Counted from the stretch's first letter, positions 29,328-39,516 are shown. The stretch is DNA of 64,000 nucleotides from an uncultured delta proteobacterium (GCA_963771175.1 CAVYSY010000026.1:352001-416000), one strand, 5' to 3'. Notes: a model not told the origin generated them from the letters alone. Program-made: numbers and translations.

Positions 29328-29870
29328 ATGGAGACACTGGTCCTCAACCAGTCCTATGAGCCCGTGGCCCGGATCTCCTGGCAGCGAGCGGTGATGCTGC
29401 TGTGGCAGGGGAAGGTCGAGGTGGTCGAGGAGTACGACGACCGCCTCGTCCGCTCCGTCACCGTCGAGATCCGGATGCCCTCCGTCATCCGCTTCCTGCG
29501 CGGCGCGCGTCGGGGCGGGCGCGGCGTGAAGTTCAGCCGCGACAACGTCTACATGCGCGATGGCTGCCGGTGCCAGTACTGCGGCCGGAAGGTGTCGCGC
29601 CCCGAGGCCACGTACGACCACGTCGTGCCCCGGGCCCAGGGCGGCCGTACCACCTGGGAGAACATCGTGATCGCCTGCGTGCCCTGCAACCAGAAGAAGG
29701 GTGGGCGCACGCCGGTGCAGGCGGGGATGGCGCTGCTCTCCGCTCCCGTGAAGCCTCGCAAGCTCACGGGTTCGGTGCAGCTCACCTTCGCCCACGAGAA
29801 GGGCATGCCCGTCTCGTGGAAGAAGTTCCTCCGTGACGTCGCGTACTGGCACACGGAGCTGGAGGAGTGA
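29328..29870 (+). CDS. HNH endonuclease (McrA-like) inside the tRNA array
   Basis: LVLNQSYEP, RDGCRCQYCG and TYDHVVPRAQGGRTTWENIVIACVPCNQKKG; AAGGA RBS. Confidence 0.93.
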   Translation: METLVLNQSYEPVARISWQRAVMLLWQGKVEVVEEYDDRLVRSVTVEIRMPSVIRFLRGARRGGRGVKFSRDNVYMRDGCRCQYCGRKVSRPEATYDHVVPRAQGGRTTWENIVIACVPCNQKKGGRTPVQAGMALLSAPVKPRKLTGSVQLTFAHEKGMPVSWKKFLRDVAYWHTELEE

Positions 29871-29874
29871 GCGG

Positions 29875-30006
29875 CGGGTGAAGGGGAACCACCAGAGGTG
29901 GTTCCCCGGCTCTGCTCCGTGACAGGAGCAGTGCTGACAGGGAAGGCCAGAGGCGTTCCCGACACCCGTACGCCCCGCACGCCGGCAGGCGGGCCCTGCT
30001 GCCGGC
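29875..30006 (+). ncRNA. Candidate structured RNA (four-way junction plus hairpin)
   Basis: CGGGTG/CACCCG closes three hairpins, followed by GCCGGCAG/CTGCCGGC. Confidence 0.4.
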
Positions 30007-30012
30007 ATATTT

Positions 30013-30099
30013 GGAAGGTCGACGCCGGAGGCCCGGCGGCCCGCCTCGAAAGCGGTGCGGGCGCATGACGCGCTCGGGGTTCGAGTCCCTTGCCTTCTG
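30013..30099 (+). tRNA. tRNA-Ser(CGA), divergent
   Basis: CCGC-CTCGAAA-GCGG; long variable arm; acceptor GGAAGGT/GCCTTCT; G73. Confidence 0.7.
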
Positions 30100-30112
30100 T
30101 TCCGTCTCTTCT

Positions 30113-30200
30113 GGAAGTGTGAACTGGCGATGGCGCCAGGCCCCGTTGCTAGCGGGTGCGGACCGGCTTCCGGTCTGGGGTTCGAGTCCTCCGCCTTCCG
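30113..30200 (+). tRNA. tRNA-Ser(GCT), divergent
   Basis: CCCG-TTGCTAG-CGGG; long variable arm GACCGG-CTT-CCGGTC; GGAAG/CTTCC; G73. Confidence 0.68.
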
Positions 30201-30314
30201 TTCCTCTGCCCTCTTTCCGACGGTGTCGTGTGACCGCCGGACGGGTGAGCCCCCCGCCCCAGGAGCCTAGTGTCCCGCGCGCCCGGCATCCCCGCCGGGA
30301 AGGGGAAGACACAG

Positions 30315-30854
30315 ATGCGCGACTTCAAATTGGGACGCTGGGCGGTGTTCGGCCTCGTGCTCGCTGCTCCCGTGCTGGGTCTGGGCTGCGGCAATGACGA
30401 CGACGAATCGGAGCAGGAGAAGATCGAAAGGGGTCTTTCCCTCTCCCCCGTGCCCCTCAACCTGGACGGGAAGGACCGCGACCTCGTGGGCCTGGGCAGC
30501 TACATCGTCAACGCGCAGGCCGCCTGCAACGACTGCCACACCAACCCTCCCTTCGAGCCGGGAGGCGACCCCTTCAAGGGAGAGCCGGAGAAGATCAACG
30601 CGGCGCGCTTCCTCGGGGGTGGGACGCCCTTCGGCCCGACCCTCGTCTCGCCCAACATCACCCCGGATGCTTCCGGCAACCCGGGAGGCGCAGACTTCGA
30701 GGAGTTCCAGCGCTACATGCGCACCGGCAGGGAGGAGGACGGCGACATCCTCCAGGTGATGCCGTGGCCCATCTACAAGAACATGAGCGACCGGGAGCTG
30801 CGCGCCATCTACGAGTACCTGCGCGCCATCCCCCACGTCGAGTCCGGACCCTGA
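30315..30854 (+). CDS. Monoheme cytochrome c lipoprotein
   Basis: Lipobox LGLGC; CNDCH; SPNITPD and MPW...RAIYEYL. Confidence 0.85.
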   Translation: MRDFKLGRWAVFGLVLAAPVLGLGCGNDDDESEQEKIERGLSLSPVPLNLDGKDRDLVGLGSYIVNAQAACNDCHTNPPFEPGGDPFKGEPEKINAARFLGGGTPFGPTLVSPNITPDASGNPGGADFEEFQRYMRTGREEDGDILQVMPWPIYKNMSDRELRAIYEYLRAIPHVESGP

Positions 30855-31004
30855 GCTGAAACGTCGGGGTCACAACCCCGTGAACCCTGGAAGTTCGGAA
30901 TCCACCATTTCCGCTCCGCACTGACGCGCGGCGTAGTGAACCCACCCGCGTGTCGGGCGCATGGATGCGCGCTGCAAGCAACCCCTACGCGGAAGGAGCG
31001 GCAC

Positions 31005-31211
31005 ATGGAATGGCTCGAGTTCGGTCGGTGGTCCCCGGAGGTGGAGAAGCGCCTCGCGCGCCAGGCGGTGCGCCTGAGTATCGCGGCCCAGCCCTCTCGC
31101 CCTCCCGCCCAGCATCCCGAGAGCGCCAGCGCCCGGGCCCGCCGGCTGGAGGCCCTGCTGCGGCAGACCCCAGCCTCCAACCCCTGGGGGCACCCCGCCG
31201 CCGAGTGCTGA
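31005..31211 (+). CDS. Small hypothetical protein
   Basis: AAGGAG RBS before MEWLEFGRWSPEVEKRL. Confidence 0.45.
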   Translation: MEWLEFGRWSPEVEKRLARQAVRLSIAAQPSRPPAQHPESASARARRLEALLRQTPASNPWGHPAAEC

Positions 31212-31347
31212 GCGGCACGTCGGGGGCCGGGTCGGGAATGCGCCCGGGCGACAGGGATTGAATTGAGAGGTCCCGACGCGAGGTCGGGGTCCACCACTGC
31301 GATTCAGCACGCTAGAGTGCCCCTGCGCCGACGAGGCGTTCCCGACC

Positions 31348-34181
31348 ATGGCCACGAGGAAGAGCGAGGACAACGAGCGTCTCATCGACCGCGATCTCAC
31401 CGCGCTGGCGCGAGACGGGAAGCTGACGGCCGCGCACGGCGTGGACGGTCCGGTGACGGAAGTGCTGGGCCTGCTCACGCGAGGGGGCAAGCACCCGCTG
31501 CTCTCCGGGGAGCCCGGCGTGGGCAAGTCCGCCGTGGTGCAGGAGGTGGCGCGCCGCATCACCGAGGGCCGCGTGGACGCGGAGCTGGCCAACGCGCGCA
31601 TGGTGGAGGTGTCCGTCGCCAACATCCTGGCGCGCAGCACCCAGCGCCAGGCGGCGGAGAGCTTCGAGGAGTTGCTGGCGCTGGCTGAGCCGGCACCCCT
31701 GCCCCATCGTCTACATCCGGGACCTGCCCGCGGTCATCGGCGGGCCCCTGGCCCCCGTGGCCTTCCGCGCCCTGCGCACCGGGGGCATCCGCTTCATCTT
31801 CGAGACCGAGCCCAAGCGCGTGCAGGAGTTGCTGCGCGCGGACGAGGCCTTCGCCGAGCGGCTCCACCTCGTGCCCGTGCAACGAGCCGCCCGCCGAGCG
31901 GGCCCGCTGGATATTGGGCCGCGTGGCCGAGGAGCTGGAGCGCGAGCTGCACCTGCCCATCGACCCGGCGGCGTGCGACCTGACGCTGCGGCTGGCCTCC
32001 AAGTTCCTCCTGGCGCAGCGGCTGCCGCGCAAGGCCATCGAGCTGCTCAAGGAGACGGCCGCGGAGGCCGCCAGCGCGGCCAAGGACCGCGTGGGCCCCG
32101 AGGACGTCCTCACCCGCTTCTGCGCCACCACCCGACTGCCGCGCTTCGTGGTGGACGACGCGATGCCGCTGGATCTGGAGGAGACGGAGCGCTTCTTCGG
32201 AGAGCGGCTGCTGGGCCAGACGGACGCGGTGCAGGCCGTGCTGCGCTCGGTGGCGCTGCTCAAGGCGGGGCTCAACGACCCGCGCCGGCCGCTCGGCGTG
32301 TTCCTCTTCGCCGGTCCCACCGGCGTGGGCAAGACGCAGCTCGCCAAGCTGCTGGCCGAGTACCTCTTCGGCTCGCAGGACCGGCTCGTGCGCCTCAACA
32401 TGGCGGACTTCCCCAACGACGGCGACGAGAGCGTCCCCTTCGGGGCCTCGTGGGCTCCCGCGCTGGAGACGAAGCGCGGCGAGCTGACGCGCGCTGCTCG
32501 AGGGCAAGGTGTTCACCGTGCTGCTGCTCGACGAGTTCGAGAAGGCCGCGCGCAGCGTGCACGACCGCTTCCTCCAGCTCTTCGACGAGGGCACCTTCGT
32601 CAACGGCGCGGGCGAGACGGTGCTCCTGCAACAACACCGTCATCGTGGCCACGTCCAACGTGGGCGCCGAGGTGTACCGCGAGCCGGCCATCGGCTTCAC
32701 GGGCTCGCGCCGTCCCGAGGAGCTGCATCACCGAGGTGGACCGGCGCATCGCCGAGGCCTTCCGCCCCGAGTTCCTCAACCGCTTCGACGCCATCTGCCA
32801 CTTCCAGCCGCTGACGAAGGTGGAGATCCGCAAGCATCGCCCAGCGCGAGGTGGGCCGGGTGCTGGAGCGCGAGGGCATCCGGGCACGTGCGCTGGACGT
32901 GGAGGTGACACCGGAGGTGGTGGACCTGCTGGTGGAGCGCGGCTACTCGCCGCAGTTCGGCGCGCGCTACCTGCAGCGGGAAATCGAGAAGACGCTCACC
33001 GCGGCGCTGGCGGTGGAGATCGCCCGCCGGCCACTGCCCCCGGGAACACCGGTGCGGGTGGAGACCCGACCGGGCGGCAAGGTGGTGGCGGTGGCCGAGC
33101 TCGCGCCGCGCCCGCGCGAGGAGACGGCGCAGCTCGCGCTGCCCACGGAGAAGTCGGTGTCCGCGGTGAAGCGGCGGCTGGACAAGAAGTCGCTGCTCAA
33201 CGAGATGGACCGGCTGGTGGGCCGCGCGCGGGCGCTGTCGGTGTCGGCGAACCGGCCGAGGCTGGAGGAGCGACGCGCGCAGTTGCTGGCGGAGACACAG
33301 GCGCCCAACCTCTGGGACGACCCGCAGCGCGCGGCCTCGACGCTGCGGGCCTTCCGGACGGTGGAGGCTCAACTCAACGAGCTGGACCGGATGGAGGAGC
33401 GGACCAGTTCGCGCGGCGGCTGGTGCGCGAGGCGAGGGGCGAGGCGCAGCTCGCGTCGGCGGCGAAGCAGGTGGAGGAGGTGGCGCGCGAGGTGCAGATG
33501 GCCGAGGCGCTGGACGCGGCGGGAGCGACGGACCACGTCGACGACGCGCTGGTGGACATCTGCGCGAGCGAGACGGGCGAGGGACAAGACACCTGGGTGC
33601 AGGAGCTGGCGACCATGTACCTGGGCTGGGCGGAGCGGCGCGGCTACGAGGCCATCGCGGTGGCGGAGGCGGAGGAGCCCTTCCGGGTGGTGGTGCGAAT
33701 CGCCGGACCGGGAGCCTACGGCTACCTGGCGGGCGAGGCGGGCCTGCACCGGCGCATCGACGAGGAGAAGCGCCAGCGTGCCTACGTGCGGGTGCACCGG
33801 GGAGGACCGGTGCAGGAGGCGGAGAGCCTGGACGTGGAGGGCCGCGACGTGAGGCGGCACGAGGGGACGTTCCTCGCGCGGGTGAAGACGGAAGTGACGG
33901 TGCGGGACGAGACCACCGGCCGGATGATGACGCTGGCGGGCGCGGGCGAGCTGGACGAGCTGAAGGACATCGCCTCGCGAGTGGTGAAGGGCCAGGGCGG
34001 CAGCCACACGGCGGACGAGGCCCGGCGCTACTACCTGGGCCGGGGTGCTCGGGTGGAGGACCCGCGCACCGGCGCCGGCACTCCGCGCGTGAAGGACGTG
34101 CTGCGCGGCGAGCTGGACGTCTTCATCGCCGCGTGGATCTCCCGTCCGCCCCCCGAGGGCCCCACCACCATCGCGAGCTGA
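31348..34181 (+). CDS. ClpA/B-type AAA+ ATPase fused to a release factor 2-like C-terminal region (several frameshifts)
   Basis: GEPGVGKS, LPRKAIELL, GQTDAV, FAGPTGVGKT, LLLDEFEKA, FRPEFLNRFD and FGARYLQR; then NLWDDPQRA, MYLGWAERRGY, GAYGYLAGEAGLHR and VEDPRTG...VLRGELDVFI. Confidence 0.85.
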
Positions 34182-34214
34182 AGTGCCCAAGCACAGTTCG
34201 GAAGCAAGGGCCCG

Positions 34215-34276
34215 CCGGGCTCGGTCTTCAGAAACCTGTCCGACAGTCGGACAGGTTTTCCAAGAGCGCGACCCGG
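34215..34276. repeat. REP-like palindromic repeat, copy 1
   Basis: Core AAACCTGTCCGAC-A-GTCGGACAGGTTT; matches 50563-50623. Confidence 0.8.
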
Positions 34277-34302
34277 GGGGCCGACGGGTCTCAGGGGTTA
34301 GA

Positions 34303-35454
34303 ATGAATGGGATGAGCCTTCCTCCCAAATCCTGGTCGATGTGCGAGCACTGGGGCTGGATGGGCGTGCTGTTGGCCCTGGCCGCGCTCAGTGGATGCCG
34401 CACCGTCCCCGTCCAGGTGTCCCCCCAGGCCCCGGAGCTGCGCTTCAGCGGCCGGGTGGAACGTGGAGACCCGGGTGGCCCCCACTTCGCCTGGGGTGGC
34501 ACGTCCCTCACCGTGCGATTCACCGGCACCTCCCTCGGCCTGCGCCTGCTCGATCTGCCCAAGGGCGAGGAGCGTGCTCCCAACCGTTTCCGCTTCAGCG
34601 TGGACGGCGCGCCCTTCCGTGACCTCTACGTGGGTGAGGGGCCCCTGCTCTACCGCATCGCCGAGGGCCTCCCCGAGGGTGAGCACGTGCTGCGCCTGGA
34701 GAAAGAAACCGAGTCCGTCGTCGGAGAGACCCAGCTCCTCGGGCTGGAGCTGGCCCCGGGCGCCCGGCTGCTGCCCGCGCCTCCCGGGCCCTCGCGCCGC
34801 ATCGAGTTCATCGGCGACTCGGGCCTCACCGGCTACGGCATCGAGGGCAAGAACGAGCTCTGCAGCTTCAACGCGGAGACCCAGCGCAACTCCCTCTCCT
34901 GGGCCGCCCTCACCACCCAGGCCCTCGGCGCCGAGCCCTCCTTCATCGCCTTCTCCGGCAAGGGCGTGGCCGTCAACTACTCGAACGACCCGACCCCCAC
35001 CCTGCCCCAGCTCTACGAGCGCACCCTCCCCTTTCGCGAGGACAGCCGCTGGGACTTCACGTCCTGGGTGCCCGACGCGGTGGTCATCCAGCTCGGCGCC
35101 AACGACTTCTGGAAGGAGCACCCCGGCGAGGAGCGCTTCCGCGGCGCCTACCGTGCCCTGGTGGAGCGCATCCGCGGCAACTACCCCGGTGCCCACATCG
35201 TCTGCGTCCTGGGCTCCGGCATCATCGACAGCCACCCCAAGGACCTCAAGGCGCGCACCCACGCCCGTGCCCTCATCTCCGGCATGGTCGAGGCCCTGCG
35301 CCAGGCCGGCGATACCCGCGTGCACTTCGTCGAGGTCCCTCCCAGGCTCGACGACGAAGGCCTGGGCTGTACCTGGCACCCCAGCCAGAAGACGCACCAA
35401 CGGACGGCCGAGCAGATGACGCCCCTGCTGCGCGAGCTGCTCGGCTGGAAGTAG
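34303..35454 (+). CDS. SGNH/GDSL esterase (CE2-like) lipoprotein
   Basis: IEFIGDSGLTGYG, SGKG, QLGAND and WHP; lipobox LSGC; start uncertain. Confidence 0.85.
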   Translation: MNGMSLPPKSWSMCEHWGWMGVLLALAALSGCRTVPVQVSPQAPELRFSGRVERGDPGGPHFAWGGTSLTVRFTGTSLGLRLLDLPKGEERAPNRFRFSVDGAPFRDLYVGEGPLLYRIAEGLPEGEHVLRLEKETESVVGETQLLGLELAPGARLLPAPPGPSRRIEFIGDSGLTGYGIEGKNELCSFNAETQRNSLSWAALTTQALGAEPSFIAFSGKGVAVNYSNDPTPTLPQLYERTLPFREDSRWDFTSWVPDAVVIQLGANDFWKEHPGEERFRGAYRALVERIRGNYPGAHIVCVLGSGIIDSHPKDLKARTHARALISGMVEALRQAGDTRVHFVEVPPRLDDEGLGCTWHPSQKTHQRTAEQMTPLLRELLGWK

Positions 35455-35463
35455 CTCCGAGCC

Positions 35464-37724
35464 TCAGGGCTTCGCTGGCTCGGAGGGGACGGGTGGCACG
35501 CCCGGAGAGGCACCGGGTGACATCAGCGCGTCGCACATGCTGCCCGCCATCCATTGACGCTGGCAGGCCTCGCGGACAAGCGGCTCGCGGAACTGCCAGA
35601 GCACGACGAAGAGGATGAGGAGCGAGATGCCGATCCAGACCCCCGGCGAACGTGGCTCCGCCTCCTCGTCCTCGCGCACCGTCACGAGGACGGAGCGCAG
35701 CACATCCGTGTGATCCACGGTGGCGTTCTTCGGCAGCCTCGGCCGACGGGTGATGAGGGCCCCCAGGTCTCGCGTGAGCCCCAACCGGTCATTGAGCGCC
35801 CAGCCCGAGCCCTCCAACAGCAGCGCCAGGTTGCGCCTGCGCAGCTTGAGCCACCCCAGCAGGCCCGAGGGCACCATGACCGCGGTGACGATGATGATCA
35901 CCGCCGTGATGACATCGAAGAGCGTGAGCGACTTCACCTGATTCATGATGAAGGCGAGCGACGAGCCGACGGCCGCGAACGTGATACCCACCGCCGCGAT
36001 GAGGCCCCCCGGCCCTCCCGCTGGCTGTGGCGCCGCGGGAGCCCCCGGGGCTGGCGCGGCCGGAGCGGGTGCCGGCACGGCCGGGGGAACGAGCCCGGGG
36101 GCCCGCGCATAGCCCGTCTCCAATTGCGCATCGAGCGTCTTCTCCCCGGCGGCCGCCATCCCCTCGATCTTCGAGGAGATGAACTGGCCGATCCGCTCGA
36201 ACGGCATCGTCATCGACTCCCACAAGGAGACGGGCTGGCGGACCACCTGGGTCACCACGGCGTCGAACTCGCGGCCCTCCATGTCATAGAACACGCCGCG
36301 CTTGCCCACCGCGAGCTCGCGGCTCCGACCGCGCGTGGCGGGCACGGCCACCTCGTAGTGCTCGCCCCCTTCCTTCGCCATCACCTGCACGTAGAGGGTG
36401 CAGGTGGTCCCCTGGCTCGTCAGCGCGAAGTGCGCGGCGTGGTTCGTCACCAGCACCGACAGCCTGTACCGGCGCCCCTCGAGGATGAGCGTCCCCTTCT
36501 CCACCAGCGCGCGCCGCTTCGTCTGGTAGAGGTCCGGCATGCTGATGAAGTTGTTGGCGAATGTCAGCAGCCAGCGCTGGTAGAGGATCAACCGCTCCAG
36601 CTCGTCCACCGCGTCCAGCTTGTCCTTCAGCGCCAGGTCCGCCCGGCACGCCGCTTCGAGGGCATCGAGCTCCGCGTCCGTGACGTCCGACAGCGCGTCC
36701 ACCCAGGTGCGCAAGGGGCTCGCGTCGATCCGCGCCTGCCACGCCAGGATGGCCTCGGCCTTCGCGGACAGCTCGCGCCAGGCGGTGTCCGCGAGCGTCG
36801 CCATGTCCCCGGTAAGGGGCACCGCCACGTCCCGCCGGAAGGCCTCGAGCTTCTCGAACGCTTGGCCCCGGTACAGCCGGGACCAGCGGAGCGCTCCCCG
36901 GGCTCGGGAGGCGCCACGGGCAACTCCGACACCACCCGCGAGAGCGCCTGGGTGTCTCCGAGCGCGCCCTGCACCCGGCCCGCCTCCAGCTTGAGGCTCG
37001 TAACGGCCTCGGGCTGGGCCGCGACCAGCCGGCACTGCAGGAAATACGTGTCGAGCAGCGGTCGGATCTCCTGGATGCGCTGGGCCTGCTCCACGCTCCG
37101 CTCGCCCCACACGAGCACCGCCGCCCGTCCCGCGAGGTGTGCCAGCAGCGCGGTCCGCTCCTCCCGGAAGCGCTGGACCATGGGCAGGTCCACGCCCGCC
37201 TGCCCCGAGCGGTTCTTCACCTCGGGGAAGCTGGCCATGAGCTTCTCCGCCAGGGGGCGCAGCGGCACGGGCAGGAGCACCGGGGCAACGATGCCGTCCC
37301 CGTTCTGCCCCGCCGCGAGCAGCGCCTTCTCGCTGGCCCGCACCTGCTCCAGCGAGATGCGCGTCCGGTCCTCCACCTTCAGCGTCTCCAGCAGGATGCC
37401 GGCCACCTCCCGCAGCTTCACGCCCTCGTCCGAGAGCGCGTCCAGCTCGAGCACGTCACTCGCCGCGTCCGCGCCCCGGTACGACTTCAGCAGCTTCGCC
37501 GCGTGCTCGACGGCGGCCCGCACCTCGGTGACGCGGATGCGTCCGTTCTTGTCCGTGTCGACGAAGGCGAGGAACCGCGGGTCGCAGTTGAGCCCCTCGA
37601 CGGGGCAGGCCGTGGCGAGCCACTGCGTCTCCGGGATGCGGATGGCCTCCACGAGCACTTCGAAGGAGGGAATGGAGACCTGGAGCGAGCCTCCGTAGCG
37701 GCGGTAGATAAGGGGGCGCGTCAT
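35464..37724 (-). CDS. Large hypothetical membrane protein with an EF-hand-like loop (frameshift near 36900)
   Basis: WLATACP and DTDKNGRIRVTE; C-terminal TM helices with LEGSGWALN. Confidence 0.7.
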
Positions 37725-37907
37725 GCGGCGCAAGAGAGCACATCGCCCGCCCTCCGAGGGACTGAGAAAGCTACCGTTTCTCGAATCGGGCCACCCGAGC
37801 GGGCAGCCGACCGCACGAAGCCCGGTCCGGGCCTTCTGTCGGGCAACGAGCGTGCGATCCACCGGTCTCCGTATCGACCTGCTTGCATCCGGACCCCTCA
37901 CCGGGGC

Positions 37908-38459
37908 ATGTCACACGGCGTGAGCCAGCCAGAGCACCAGCGGGAAGTGACCGAGACGGGCGCAGCCGAGCGCGGAGTCATCTTCCACGCCTACACGGAC
38001 CAGCCGAGGTCCCGCGTCGACCTCCGGTATTTCCTGTATCCCGCGGCGCTGCTGCTGATCATCGGACTCGGCATGCTGACCGTGAGGTTCGAGCCGGAGG
38101 CCACCCCCATCCGCGTGGACACGCTCTGGGGTCTCCGGACGGTGCGCAAGGGCATGTCGCCGCAGGAGGTGCAGTCCCGCCTCGGCCAGCCCACCAGCAA
38201 GGAGCGCCGCGGCAACCTGGAGTGCTACCAGTACGGGAAGCCCACCATCAACGCGCCGAGCTTCACCCTGCACGTCGTCTGCTACGAGGACGGCAAGCTC
38301 CGCGAGGTGTCCGAGAAGCGCTACAACTCGTGGGTGGTGACGCAGGACGGAGCCATCTCCCCGGCTCCGCTCGAGTACGCGCTGACTCCGGACCCGGACC
38401 CGGCTCCGACCCCGGCCAACCCCGGCGCGCCGGGCATCGCCAACACGGCCTCTCCGTAA
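37908..38459 (+). CDS. Membrane-anchored SmpA/BamE-like domain protein
   Basis: TM helix followed by VRKGMSPQEVQSRLGQP. Confidence 0.6.
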   Translation: MSHGVSQPEHQREVTETGAAERGVIFHAYTDQPRSRVDLRYFLYPAALLLIIGLGMLTVRFEPEATPIRVDTLWGLRTVRKGMSPQEVQSRLGQPTSKERRGNLECYQYGKPTINAPSFTLHVVCYEDGKLREVSEKRYNSWVVTQDGAISPAPLEYALTPDPDPAPTPANPGAPGIANTASP

Positions 38460-38499
38460 CACCCCACCGCGCTCCGGGGTCCATCCCCGGGCAACGGGC

Positions 38500-39366
38500 T
38501 CAGCGCGGAATACCTCGGGCGTGGCGTGCGATGGCGTCCGACAGTCTCTCGGGAGCGCCCTCGGCGGCCCCGAAGAAGAGCCGCGGCTCGATGACCTCCA
38601 GTTCCAGCAGCAGCGGCGTCCCCTCCGGACCGGTGGCCAGGTCCACCCGGGCGTAGAGGGTGCGCCCGGGGGTGGCGGCCAGCACGCGCTCCGCGAGCGC
38701 CTGTTCCTCCCCGCGTGGCACCAGGGCCACCCCGTCCGGGGCGATTCCACCCGGGGCCTCCATGGTGGCGGGCCGCACCACCGCGTGTGAGAAGACCCCA
38801 TCGAAGAAGATGTAGGAGCGCTCGCCCTTCTCGTGCAGCGCCGGCAGGAAGGGCTGCACCAGCGCGTCGCCCTCGGCGAGCACGGCGTTCAGGTGGGCCT
38901 GCCCCTCGCCGCCGAACCGCACGCGCTCGAAGCGCCGGGTGAGTCGCCCTCCCCCCGACACCGCGGGTTTGATGACCACGGACTGCCACCCGCGTGTCGC
39001 CGCGAGCGCCGGCAACGAGGCCGCCTGGCCCCGAGGACAGAGCGCCGTGGGCGTGACCGGGATGCCTCGCCCGGCGAGCTGCTGCAGGTAGGCCTTGTGG
39101 CTGTTCCAGCGCAGCACGTCCGGCGGGTTGAGGAGCTTCACCTGCGAGCCCACCCGCTCCAGCCAGGCCTGGAAGTCCGAGGGCTTGAGGAAGTAGTCCC
39201 AGGTGGCGCGCACCACGGCGAGCCGGAAGCGCTTCCAGTCCACGCGCGGGTCGTCCCACACCACGCTGTGAGGCATCAGCCCGCGGGCACGCAAGGGGGT
39301 GAGCAACCTCCGGTCATCCTCCGGAAGCTCCGGCAAACCCGCGTAGGTGATGAGTGCGATGTCCAT
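38500..39366 (-). CDS. ATP-grasp (RimK/GshB-like) ligase
   Basis: RATWDY, WNSHKAYL, VIKPAVSGG, YARVD and LELEVIEP. Confidence 0.85.
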   Translation of the reverse strand: MDIALITYAGLPELPEDDRRLLTPLRARGLMPHSVVWDDPRVDWKRFRLAVVRATWDYFLKPSDFQAWLERVGSQVKLLNPPDVLRWNSHKAYLQQLAGRGIPVTPTALCPRGQAASLPALAATRGWQSVVIKPAVSGGGRLTRRFERVRFGGEGQAHLNAVLAEGDALVQPFLPALHEKGERSYIFFDGVFSHAVVRPATMEAPGGIAPDGVALVPRGEEQALAERVLAATPGRTLYARVDLATGPEGTPLLLELEVIEPRLFFGAAEGAPERLSDAIARHARGIPR

Positions 39367-39516
39367 TCGCGGCTGCTTCTCGCTCACCCCACCCGCTCCT
39401 GCCAAGCACAGGATGAAAGCGAGGAGCCCAACCGCCCGGCCCCCCAGCATCCCCCTCCGCCCACCGACACCGGACGCGAAGATGGCGCCCTCTCCCGACC
39501 CGGGGTACGAGGAGAC

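Noticed and set aside
28096..29394. ORFs overlapping the tRNA array
   Set aside because: They are shadow translations of tRNA genes (e.g. GFEP and GSNP from T-loops).
27783..30300. Prophage or integrative element carrying the tRNA array
   Set aside because: No integrase, phage structural genes or flanking direct repeats were seen.
33390..33420. prfB-like programmed +1 frameshift in the RF2-like region
   Set aside because: There is no CTTTGA slippery site or internal Shine-Dalgarno here; it looks like the other indel errors.
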